Both the position numbers and the translations under genes were made by a program. The notes under the pieces are model-generated. The model was not told where the DNA came from. It made no database searches and was given only the letters and a program-made list of their open reading frames with translations. Positions 1 to 11,361 of a stretch of 64,000 nt of DNA are shown in pieces. How positions within the stretch are numbered: the stretch's first letter is position 1; each line of letters begins with the position of its first letter. The stretch is taken from NCBI GenBank assembly GCA_032718475.1, contig JAUCBJ010001040.1:22079-86078 (forward strand), in the 5' to 3' direction. This stretch comes from Nemertoderma westbladi (lineage: Eukaryota > Animalia > Xenacoelomorpha).

Positions 1-1065
1 GTGCATCACATAGAAATGATTTGATTTTTAGAATATACCTGTGTGCCACAGTTTCATCAAAAATTTCGATTCCATTAGAATCAGTAAAGGAATTAAACTC
101 ATCTACTAATGGTTTAAGAAAGTCATCAACATTGTCAGGTTTACCCTCTCCACAATACACGCCTATAGGAAAGCATGGGGACATAGGTATATTTACTAGT
201 TTACCAAGAATAGGCCAAAATTCTTGCTTACTGCTCCGAAATGAAGGGATCCCATCAATTCCAAAGGAAAGCCATAAACAGGTATGCGTAATATATTTAA
301 ATATTGCAGAACCAAATTGGCAAAAAATCTTTCTAATACCATTACCTAAACCAAAATGATAATAACAACCTCCCTTACTTCCAATTGAAATAATTGTTAT
401 ATTTACACGGGGAGTTTTCAATAAAGATCGACAATCACTAGGAAATGAATATTCAGGGCAATGTCTACGAAGAACAGTAAGTAAAGGATTTAAGCAGGAG
501 TGGTTAATGTTATTATTGACAGCCCAACTTCTAATATCATCAACGAATGTGAAAGACGAAGTACTAGAACCTGATTGCGAAGGGATGTCCACATCTGGAG
601 GACAAGCCGCGATAAAATCTTCGTCATGTGCATCAGGAAATATAAATTGGTCATTCTCATCACAGAAATCTGACAAATAGTATTCAGGTAACAATTCATC
701 ATAACATTCATTCACATCTTCAGTGATAGGAATATTTTCCTCATGAAAAACTTGATGTACCTCTGGCGTGTCTGGCAATGAGGTAGACGTAGGCCTATCA
801 TCAATTATGTCTGTAGATCTTGAACTCTGACCAGTTAATGTTTGTATTATGTGAAAGTCAGTTGGCCTGTCGGTGATGTTCGTACTACCGGTACCGGTAG
901 TACTGGGAAGGATTGAAGATCAGGAATGTTTAAATGTGGGAGTGGCTGTAAATCACTCGCAATGTTTAAGGACTCATTAACAAACTGATCAACCTCAGTC
1001 GTTAGTCTGCGTTTCCGTGTTCTCTTGCTTGTACCTGTGTACTTTGTTATTGTAGCCCTTTTCAT
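1..1065 (-). mobile_element. EnSpm/CACTA (CMC) transposase, N-terminal part; runs off the window start; frameshift near 850-930
   Basis: My translation of the minus strand is open from ~920 to 1: DDIRSWAVNNNI..FPSDCRSLLKTPR..YYHFGL..GIDGIPSFRSSKQEFWPILG..PIGVYCGEGKP..FLKPLVDE..KSFLCDA, the motifs of animal EnSpm transposases. ORF 847-1065 is the probable basic N-terminus in another frame. Confidence 0.75.
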
Positions 1066-1282
1066 ATCACTTTTTCTTTCATTAGGCAGCTACATGAACT
1101 TAAACCTAATGCCTAATACTGTACGGTAATACACCGGTCCGACGAATCTGTACAAAAAAGAACAAAAAAATACAAAATAGTTTTGGGATTTTTGGGGTGC
1201 GCGATTATTGCATATGGGAATGCGCGGTTGGCAATGAATTTCCACATTCAAACACTTCGAAGAACTAATATTTGTAAAGAAA

Positions 1283-2143
1283 ATGGACCATCATCTGTCC
1301 AAGTCTTTACTCTCACATTTTGCCGGCCAATCCAACGTGAGATGCTCCATTCACCAGGACTGTCTGCTGGTGCACCAACATCTGAACAATGAGTCTCTAT
1401 GTTCCATCCCCAGGTGCAACAAACGAGCCAGATGGCGCTGTCCATGTGGACTTCCCTACGTCCATTGCCGTACTGGTTTGTGTTTCAAACACAGGAAGGA
1501 ACAACTAAAGAAGGGCCAGGATCACTTTGTACAACACAATTTAACAGCAGATATTGAATTTGACGTAATTCCTGATTCTAATGTTGCTAATAGGGAGGTA
1601 CCCGTTGATGAGGATCCGTTGTCAATATTCCTGGATGACGATCATGGTGACGACCCAGAGAGGGACTCTGAGAACATCGATCTCAGCATGGGAGTTCTGG
1701 GATCCCATGAAATAATGGATGAAGACAGGGACCACGGTACATTATTCGCCAGGATGGATCGAATCCCCATCTACGATGTAAATCATGCCTCCCACATCCA
1801 CCTTCTCCTCAATAACGAACTCGGAGTGCTCCGTCGGCGTAACCAACCACCTCAAAACGCCACCTTCAATAGGTTGATGCACCACATCACCTCCCTCAGC
1901 CGTGATGGTACTGTACCTCTAACATACCCCGATGGCATCCTCTATCCAACACCTTTCTACTGCTCGAAATTTAATTCGGTAGTTGGGGCAATGCCATCTA
2001 TTATGTATTGCAGTAGAACCTCAACCAAAAGAGGTCTTGCCAGTCTGGAAGACCACTTATCTATACGACTGAGGGATAACACCATTCCCACATCCACAAC
2101 GTTATCATATATCACATCAGTATTCTCCACTCCCGGAGTATAA
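1283..2143 (+). CDS. Cys/His-rich protein fragment, possibly the pre-Rep region of a Helitron/Helentron-like element
   Basis: 286-aa ORF with a C/H cluster (CSIH..CSIPRC..WRCPC..C..GLCFKH), an acidic linker and VPLTYPDGILYP..GAMP..LEDHLSIRL. The rolling-circle assignment is from recalled similarity only. Confidence 0.35.
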   Translation: MDHHLSKSLLSHFAGQSNVRCSIHQDCLLVHQHLNNESLCSIPRCNKRARWRCPCGLPYVHCRTGLCFKHRKEQLKKGQDHFVQHNLTADIEFDVIPDSNVANREVPVDEDPLSIFLDDDHGDDPERDSENIDLSMGVLGSHEIMDEDRDHGTLFARMDRIPIYDVNHASHIHLLLNNELGVLRRRNQPPQNATFNRLMHHITSLSRDGTVPLTYPDGILYPTPFYCSKFNSVVGAMPSIMYCSRTSTKRGLASLEDHLSIRLRDNTIPTSTTLSYITSVFSTPGV

Positions 2144-4440
2144 CTGAAAGTATAGTATTAATGATAATGAGATATAAACCTATTATGACTGAGCTGTGTA
2201 TTGATAAGACTCAGACCATGTAAGATAATTTTTTACATATAATGCATGCACTAAATTAGAGTTACATTTGCACATACCATACATACTTTAAATAAGGAGG
2301 AAATCCATACATGCTTTAACTACACGTTTGGGGGTCATCCAGTAAAAACAACAGGTAAAATTTATATATATAACATTAGGAGGTATCGGTATACATTAAA
2401 AATATTTCGCAAATTATTAAAACGAATCAATTATTAAAATGAATTTGTGATTGCAATGAATCAATAATTAAAGTACACACAGGCCTTACTGTGTAATACT
2501 GTGTTTATACACACATGATAAATATTGAAAAACTACATAAAATTGTATTTATAAACTGAGTTTGAGTTTGGAATTGAGTAATTGAGTTTTGTAATACGGT
2601 GTTTACAAACATACGATAATCTAATTGTGGAATAATATATTATTTTTTATAAATTTTTGATAACCTTAGATGTCGCCGCCCGGGCTAAATAAATGACTTT
2701 TTTGAAACAGGATCCCGAAGAGTTTAGTACATTTGTTGAGTATCTGATAAATAGTTCCAGCATAACGGAAATGTTTTGATTACATATAATTTTTATGTCA
2801 GTAAACCACCCAGGAATCAATTGCAAAAAAATTTTAATATAACTTTATCTTACTAATATTTCAGAGTGTACATTTCAACTAGTGCTGGGCTGCGGAGAGC
2901 TGGTGCAGAAATGTGCTACACCGGACAAGGTGCCAACAAGTCATGGGCAGATAATTCAATAGATGTGCTGCGCTGTCACAGCGAGCATAGCATCAGCAAT
3001 GACAGAGATGCTGCACTGTGCCCGATTTTAGAATTGCTGGCGTAACAACAGTAACCTACAGGCGTTTCTTAAAGTACAGTGAGTATAATAACCTGGCCAC
3101 CAGTCCAGGATGTTTGACACCTACTACAGTACTAGGCCTACGTCTGTATATTGTTGCTTTTGCTTACTGGCAAATTGCGCTAATCAATCAATGAAAATTG
3201 TACTACGACAATAACTAACTATTATTACTTTACTACTATTTACATGGATTAAAAATAAGATTCAAAGCCATTTTCTACCTCCACTACCCAAATCAATTCT
3301 GCTAGAAGTAAATTTATCACACAAATTAACATATAGGCCTACATTTGGGTCGAATTGGATACCAATATACTGCCGATTTCTGTTTCCCACACATTATTGC
3401 TACATTGTACTGTACAAATCGTAGGGATTATAATATATGAATTGTGAAATGAAATTAACTAATTTAAGTAATGTAATATTCATTCCATAACATTATATAT
3501 GAATCACAAAGTTAGGATTATGTTTTATTAGTCCTTGGCCGAAACTCGCAGTTCCAATTCTGAAATATAATGCCTGACAGAACTACAAATACAACAAAAA
3601 CAAAATCCTGCAACAAAAATATCAGAAAAATAAAGCAGTACACTAAACTGAATAACACGAACTATTTTACAACATGCTACATGTTACCATTGTTTGATGC
3701 GCGTTTGGAGGGCCTAACATAAGTCTTAAATTTTTCTGGGCTGTGAGCCAACCACAACGAAGCTCTTTGTTTGATAAAGTCCTCGTCGAAACGCGCTAAA
3801 ACTGACTGGCCCAATAGGGCCCATCAGTCCCGGATAAACAAATAACTCGCCATAGCGCGAGCACAGCTATCACCTTCGTATATTTTTTGCGTATTGCTGG
3901 GCATTTCTGGGAAAAAACCCCAAACATCACAACATTCGCTACATTCACGATTGACATTGCCTGAGATCAAGTCCTGAGGGTTTTTTTAGTATAATTCGTA
4001 CGGCAGATACTACAATGTGTTGGTGTTTTAATTGGTAGTTCATCAAACGGGCTATCAGTTTGCACCACGGTGTTGGAGGTATAGAAAGATGAGCAACAAA
4101 CAATGGTGTGCATGTAAGCATCTGTGGCTTCGATATGTTTAATGTTATTTTCGGTTGATTTCCCATGTTTAGCAGAATCGAACAAGAATCGAAAAGAAAA
4201 AAATGACGAGATTTTGAAACAAAAAATCTATGCAACAATATATATATATATATATATATTAGCGCCGCTGGTATTTACAGATACCGGTATGCGCTAATTA
4301 AAAGTAGCCAATCATATGAACGGGAACGAATACTGGAATACAACTTACCGGTACTCACGCTAGGCAATTAGCTGCAAAGGTATGTTATGTAATGCAGAAT
4401 ATGTAAAAATGTAAAATATAAAACTCACCTTATTACTGTA

Positions 4441-4830
4441 TTAACAATCAGACAATAAACGTTGTAGAGTCTCAATAGGCATCAGCCTATTGAACAAGTC
4501 ATCAGCAAAGTCTAGATCAGTTAGGTACTTGGAAGGATTTCCTCGACTTCTGGAGCCAGTAGGTGGAGTTATCATCACCCCATCATCATTATGATGATCT
4601 AAGGACATGCGTAGAACATAGTCAACCACAATAATGAACAAGAATGGTGCAAGTGTGTCTAACACTTCAACGCCCCATAACACTTCAAATGGTTCTGTGT
4701 CACCGTCAACAGTAGACACAAATGTTGTCGAACCATCGTATACTGATCTTATTGCTGCAATAATTTCATCAGGAATCCCATATAATGAAAGTATGGTAAT
4801 TGGCAACTTGAAATTAAGCCATTGCTCCAA
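4441..4830 (-). mobile_element. RTE-clade LINE reverse transcriptase fragment
   Basis: ILSLYGIP..DTLAPFLFIIVVDYVLR..LTDLDFADD (RT motifs). Confidence 0.85.
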
Positions 4831-4885
4831 GGGGGTAAGACAACAAAAACTGCTCCTTGAAATTATAGCCTCCAGAAATCAACTA

Positions 4886-5032
4886 GTCTAGCCTACCGTA
4901 TTGGTATGACACTGTAGCAGATAGCAGTACAGTGATGTAGGCCTACACACACTACAGTCTAGCATACCGTATTGGTATGGCACTGTAGCTGATAGCAGTA
5001 CAGTGATGTAGGCCTACACATACTACAGTTTA
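4886..5032. repeat. ~71-bp direct tandem duplication
   Basis: gtctagc(c/a)taccgtattggtatg...gtaggcctacaca..ctacagt occurs twice. Confidence 0.8.
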
Positions 5033-5220
5033 GTATCTTGCTGTATATAAAGATAAGTGTTGGCACAAATTAATTAGGTCTAGTCTGAAGTCCATGATCT
5101 AAGTGTTAGGCTACTGTAGGACCTTCCCTTAATTACAAAAAGATTTTTGTTTGCAGGCTATGCCTATGCTAAAGGCTGGTAATAATTAACAACCAGTGAC
5201 TGTACTGCATTGTCTTTGTA

Positions 5221-5490
5221 ATGGCTCATTCAATAACCCACCAAGAAACAGATGTTTGGTTGATAGGGCAACCCATTTCCGAACTTGTTGGAATGAAACT
5301 TCCTTCATGGGGGGAAATACTGAAATTGTTTTACCACCACTTCAATCATGAACATAAGTGCACCAGAGAAAGTGTAACTGCCGCGGTTTGTGCAGTGCTA
5401 GTGTTCTGGAGAAAAGCTAGGATCCCAACTGCAGCTGAATATAACATAATATTGCGATTGGAGAAGAAGGTGGATGTGTATAGGATGGAT
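5221..5490 (+). mobile_element. DNA transposase N-terminal fragment (hATm-like)
   Basis: LIGQPISELVGMKLPS..EIL..F..VLVFWRKARIPT motif; subfamily name from recall. Confidence 0.5.
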
Positions 5491-5529
5491 GTCCTATATG
5501 GATGTCTTATTCTCTTTTAATTCTCTATT

Positions 5530-5653
5530 TCTCTTATTTATATAAGATTCCATTAAGTCCAAAAATTCACATTTCCCTAGTGGAAATCCAAACTCTGTAA
5601 AGGATTTCACAACTGAGATCAAGCATCTTCTTCTTCTTTTGATAACCTACTTG
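5530..5653 (-). mobile_element. ~120-bp pogo fragment paralogous to ~22298-22420
   Basis: Near-identical taagtccaaaattcacatttccctagtggaaatccaaactctgtaaa...aacctacttg at both loci. Confidence 0.75.
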
Positions 5654-5679
5654 TTCCACCATCTACTGGATACGGATGT

Positions 5680-5870
5680 GGGTGGCGTTATGGCAAAGTT
5701 ATATTATCAACTGCGAGATGATCCACAGAAATTTGCAAATTACACTCGCATGTCCATTGCTACATTTGATGAGCTTTTGTACCTAATTGATGGAAACATC
5801 CGAAAGTGTAGCACCAAGTTTCGGAAAGCGGTTGGAGCGAAGGAAAAACTACTAGTCACACTGAGGTACA
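5680..5870 (+). mobile_element. PIF/Harbinger transposase N-terminal fragment
   Basis: LRDDPQKFANYTRMSIATFDELL..RKAVGAKEKLLVTLR followed by a GT donor (ag|gtacag). Confidence 0.8.
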
Positions 5871-6111
5871 GTATATTATAATATTTGGTTGCAACACACA
5901 CTAATATTTCTTTGATTATTGGTTATATAACAAGGTCCTAAATACTTATTATAAATGCATATATGTGCCAGCGTTGTCCGTGTAAATATCGTTAGGCTGG
6001 GTTAAACTACTACCAGACTGAAACTGATGAGGGTAAGAGTATGGTAGATCTACTATTGGTAGCAAATTTCGAGAGCGAGAAATTTCCTCCTGTTCTTGGT
6101 CATCAAGCATA

Positions 6112-6460
6112 TCAGATATTATGGCCATCGAAGTCCTTTAAATCCAGTCCTTTAAAAAACTCAGTGTTGGATCTTCTTCTTTTCGTATCGATTGGTCTAA
6201 TAAAAGTAACTAAAGCTTCTTTGACATTTTTCCTCTTTATTCCTTTTCCTTTCTTTCCACTTCCACTAGCGATTAATGGCGACGCTGTACTGCTGACGCT
6301 GGCTGACTTATTTATAAATTCATCCTGTAATTCTGGTTCACTCCCACTATCAACCTGACTTTCTTCATCCCTCTCAGAAGCAGAAGTATCACCAAAATTA
6401 CCCACCATGGAATTATGCTTCATGTAGGGCGCAATGAACCTTAGCTGATCCGTGAGGTGC
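6112..6460 (-). mobile_element. Probable Harbinger second-ORF (MADF/Myb-type) C-terminal fragment, convergent with the transposase
   Basis: HLTDQLRFIAPYMKH followed by a Ser/acidic/basic tail; arrangement typical of Harbinger. Confidence 0.45.
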
Positions 6461-6645
6461 CTGATTTCTGATTGGTCGGATACTTTTCGGAAGCTTTTGG
6501 GCCTACGCTACCGGTATCTAGTCAGTATTGCATTGTCTGACTGTGCTGACCCGTCAGTGCATCTTAGGTGTAGGTATGAACTTTGTACATTAATTTTATA
6601 TTGTAACTGCCTGTCTATATAACATGTAAATAAAGTAACAATAAT

Positions 6646-6693
6646 TATTTATCCTGATGATGGCCCTAGAAAGCAGAAATTAATCGATTAAAA
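6646..6693 (+). ncRNA. Minimal type I hammerhead ribozyme-like motif (Penelope-type)
   Basis: ttttatc-CTGATGA-tggc cctagaaa gca-GAAA-ttaa-TC-gattaaaa: core boxes, short palindromic stem III, stem I ttttatc/gat(t)aaaa; stem II imperfect. Confidence 0.5.
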
Positions 6694-7390
6694 CTGTAAA
6701 TCTTTTTTCAATGTAAGTTCACCAGAGCAAATAAAACTCCAGGCTTATCCAGTTTAATAATTCTAATGGTAATGGTGTCAGGAAATCTGAAGGACCAAAT
6801 GAGTTTGAGTTAAATGTTGAACTATAATTGGCCCCTTGTGTTGACTGAGACACTGCGACATTGTCACTAAGGATGAGGATAGAAGATACTGGTATACTGC
6901 TATCTAATTTCATATGTTTTGTTGGAGGGCACTGGCAATAAGCACAATTGTATGTTGAACCATTTACTGGGATAGGTTTTATGCGCACTCGTCACCATCT
7001 TTTAGACATTCTTTACAATAGGAGCACTGATGTCCGAGGACATCTTTCATAGTTAAATATTATATATATTTAGCCAAGCCATTCTTATACATAATTAAAT
7101 AGGTCTATATGCGGCACTCACTCAGTCATGGCCATGGGCAACTTTCATAGCTATTTATGGGTCTGTCTAAAACCTGGATTGGACCCAATCACAGCCACAT
7201 CACATCGGTCACATTTAGACTTTCCAGTGGTCCTTTGAACATTAGCAGATATCAAATGACTAGCAAATGACGTAAATTCCATCTTAGCTATTTAACAATA
7301 TTGCATATCACTGATGAGATTGGGGCGGAGCATGTTACAGTGTTACATTCTAACCAAAACAATAAACGAAAGTCAATAATACACATGGTT

Positions 7391-7838
7391 ACCTTCTTGC
7401 TCGTGAGCAGCTGTTATTAGCTGAGATTTCCCTTGATACTGTAGTTCCAGTTTCATCGCGTAGAGTCCACCCCCCTATGCAATATGGAGGCAGCGGTTTA
7501 TTATATTAATTAATTAAATATTTATTAATTATCGTAAACGTCAAGAAATATTCCGAAGTTACACTTACGGATGACGTTGCTGGGTCCTGCTGGAGGTGTT
7601 GCAGGGTAAGACATCGACGACATATCAACCTCCATATAGGACCCAGTCGGGGAAACATTGAACTCCATAACATCCTTGTCTGTAGTTGTAGTAGAGGATG
7701 TAGGTGTAGGAGAGGTGGAGGTAGCTGACATGGTAGGATAGGTAGTCAGAGATATAGATGTAGGAGAGGTAGTCGGAGATGTAGGTGTAGGAGAGGTAGT
7801 CGGAGAAGCAGTATTGGTAGTAGAAGAACCGTTGCCGT
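7391..7838 (-). pseudogene. Two spliceable orphan exons encoding a Ser/Thr/Pro-rich peptide
   Basis: tttttag|acggc at 7838, c|gtaagt at 7569; second exon ~7473-7391 (catag|..aag|gtaacc) stays in frame; internal ~27-bp repeats. Confidence 0.35.
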
Positions 7839-7984
7839 CTAAAAAAAAATCAGTGTTGAAAAGATGTTCTTTGGAGCTACTTTCGACTTAGCGAAAAAGA
7901 GTACAGGTGACTCATGTGGATTCACCAGATATACACTATACAGTATATCCATAGGCATAAGATGAACTCATACATAAGATGAAC

Positions 7985-9380
7985 ATAAGATGAATCTCAG
8001 AACTGACAATGCTGTAAAGGATGCTTACACAGTAGAAGTCAAAAAATGCTTTGAAGCACTTCAGTCAATGGATGAAGACCAGTCCACCGATTCAATATAC
8101 CAGAATATAATAATATGTATGTGCCATGGCAAAACTCTGAGGTTACTTGTAAGAGAGAAGATCTTAAGATAGCCTACAAAGTTAAAACTGAACAACCAAC
8201 AACCGAAAACATTAACAAAGTTGAGAAAGCTAAGGATGATCATAAATTGGCCTACAACATCAGCCAGGAAAAGTACATACAGGGTAAAATTGAAGCAATT
8301 ACAACTGCTCACATACAGCAACAATCAAGACTTACCTGGCAAGCTGTAAATGAGGTATCTGGTCGGAAAAGTTGTGCAAAGGGGTGCATCAAATCCGATA
8401 GTCCTGAAGAACGTGTTGGGAAGTGGAAAAATCACTTCAGCAACTTGCTTGCGTTGCCACCAAAAATCGAGGTCAGCCCTACAAGGAAAATATATGACAA
8501 GACGCTACCTATAGAAACAGGGGACAGTCATGACAGTCATGACTTTTGTGGACTTCAAGAAGGCATTCGATTCCATCCATTGAGGTAAAATCCTTGAAAT
8601 CCTAAGAGCTTATGGAATACCAGAAGTAATTGTTACTGGCATTGGATTGTTATATTGTGACACAGAAGCGCAGGTACTCTCACCAGATGGTGAAACTGAG
8701 TTTTTCTCAATCCTGGCTGGCGTACTGCAATGTGACACATTAACACCATTACTATTTGTAATTGTGCTGGATTACGCAATGAGTGAAGGTCTGTGAACAC
8801 CACAACGGGTGAAGATCTGGGATTCACACTTCAAGAATGCAGAAGTAGTAGATATCCAGCAACTATAGTTACAGATACTGACTTTGCGGATGACATCACC
8901 CTGCTCTCTAATCTAATACGCTAGCAGATGCACAGCTTCTACTAAATAAAGTGGAGAGGGCTGCTAAGGAGGTTGGATTGCATATAAATGCTACCAAGAC
9001 CGAATTCATGACCTTTAATGTTGATGGAAACTTGACAACCATTGATAATAATCAACTAATGGAAGGTAGACGACTTCCAGTACCTTGGATCATGGATAGA
9101 GAGTAGCAAAAAGGACATAGAAGTTAGGAAAGCAAAGGCTTGGGTAGCTCTATCCAAAATGGATACCATCTGGAAATCAGATCTCTCCAGGCACCTGAAG
9201 ACTAAGTTCTTTCGAGCCACGGTGGAAAGTGTATTTTTATACAGGGGTGAGACCAGGACACTGACTAAATCACTTGAACAACGAAATGATGGTTGCTACA
9301 AAAGACTACTAAGGGCAGCCCTAAACATCAGCTGGAGACAACACATGACAAACGCTGAGCTTTATGGTACATTACGCTTC
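7985..9380 (+). mobile_element. Degenerate, internally deleted RTE LINE
   Basis: W.AVNEVSGRK..WKNHFSNLL; FVDFKKAFDSIH; TDFADDI; FQYLGSW; IWKSDLSRHLKTKFFRATVESV..RLLRAALNISW; multiple frameshifts. Confidence 0.9.
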
Positions 9381-10150
9381 CAGGGGGGGGGGGGGGGGGG
9401 GGGTTCTTGTCTCAAAGTATAAAATATCTCAGACCCCATCCCCGCATTACATAATTTAGGGATGGCCTCTTGTACAATAAAATTATATAAAAGACCTTGT
9501 CTGACATTAACAATTGCTTTTAAAAATGTTCCCTATTGTCTTTCCTGTATGAGTGGAAATTATTGGTTTTTATTTAATTTTCATAGGTAACAGTCATATG
9601 AATACTTTTGAAACACAAGAATCCAATACATATGACGATGAAGATGCTGCAGTTACTGCTATAAAAATCCCGCAATTGCAAGATACCAATGATCCTGATT
9701 GGACTTTGGATTATTCTTCATCTTACTGTGATGATTATGAGGACAATGAACCCCAGACACTGGAAGACCAATATTGTGTCAATGTGAAAACTGGCAATTC
9801 GGACGCAAGTCTTATGGTGGTGTAACCAAGCGAAATCATAAAGAATGCCAGGCCTGCAATAAGAAAGTTATTAATATTACATGGCACATGAGGGAGCACC
9901 ATAAGGTAAATGGTAATTGGGAAACGGTAAGTGGGAAAGTAAAATGGTAAATGGGAAACGGGTCCCAATGAAGAGCGAGGGCATATTTTAAAGCACAGGA
10001 AATGTTATGCTGTGCCTAAAGATGATAATGAAGATGATAGACTGTTCATACACCACATCAGCGAGTTTCAGGCCTATTTACAATTGCCCATGTATGACAT
10101 GGAGTGGAAAGATGTCATAATTCAGCTGGGATTATATTATAGTGATACGT

Positions 10151-11361
10151 TTATTGGTGGTGGTTGAAAAGGTTACAATGCAATCCTCTAAAATATCTTT
10201 GTGCCTTCTTCCTCATCATCAGAGGTGGGTCATTAAGAGATGTATCTGATCTTCTGATTGCATGGAACATGCATTCACCATCCCCACAGACATCAACAAG
10301 TGTTAATTCCCTGTCCCTTGCTTCACTTTGAAACAAAAGTAGTTTGCATTGGTCTCTGTACAGCCCAGGAGGTAGAAGGCTGTGATGAAGTTGGAGGGGG
10401 TGGTGGCATGTGAACTTCTTGAGATATTGAACTATCTGTTATACCTGTTCTTGATGGGTTTGTCCTGATTGATGGTTGGGATGATAGAGAAACTTGTTCA
10501 TCAGATGACAAAGGATAGGTTGGTTGTGTAGTTTCCTTGGCACCAAGTGATGTATTGGCTGACAGGGCCACTTTCTGGAGTAGAAATTGTGGAACAGAAC
10601 CATTACCTAATCCTGATCTTGTGACAATTTTATGTCGACCCAAACACTCAACACTGCCGTATTTCTTACTGTTGTAAGGGATCAGCTTATTACACTCTCC
10701 ACAAGTTCTCACAGCCCGTAGACTCTCATGTAACAGTGTTGTTTGTATCTCTATATTAGATGACATTTCACTGATAGACTCCCAATTACTTTTATTGGAA
10801 TCTTCTTTCTGAGCTGCCTGATACTTAACTTTGCAAGATCTACTGCAATATTTCCCTCCTACACGAATAGTTGCAGAGCATGTCCGGCAATATCCTGATT
10901 TCTGCGGCTGCAGATTAGCCACATAACAACCTTTACAAAGGTCCTTCCTCCCTCCTTCGTCTATTATTAATTTTACAGTTCTTACATGTAACATCATCTG
11001 AACTTTTACCATCTAGAACATCCTGCTGACTAATCCAGTCTATTAATCTCTGTTCATCCCAGATGACTCACTTCCACCAGATGAACCTACTTACATAATT
11101 ATTCTTGTTGTGCTGATCTCCACATTTCTGACAATACAAATAATCTCCTCTTTCGATTTGTCTCCAGCATATGGTGCAATAATTTCGTCGGCGACCACTG
11201 CTACGATTATGAGTTGATGTAAGCTCTGGACTAACATTAGTTCTTCCAACCTTTTCCCACTTTTCTGTATTTATATCTTCACTTGCTAGGACATTGGTCC
11301 TAGACTCTGGCAGTGAACTTGGCAGTGAAAATTCCAAACTGTACTGATGGCTGTCAGACAT
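10151..11361 (-). pseudogene. Degenerate multi-zinc-finger + OTU cysteine-protease ORF (Helentron-like cargo or N-terminus)
   Basis: Three ORF pieces join by one stop and frameshifts: CTIC..YCQKC, CKNC..LCKGC, CRTC..KYCSRSC, CGEC..SVEC, a P/S/T linker, then LVDVCGDGECMFHAI (OTU catalytic DGxC motif); truncated. Confidence 0.6.

Noticed and set aside
21-359. Plus-strand ORF, and similar short ORFs such as 4634-4891, 22008-22313, 25517-25873 and 36846-37322
   Set aside because: Antisense shadows of TE coding sequence.
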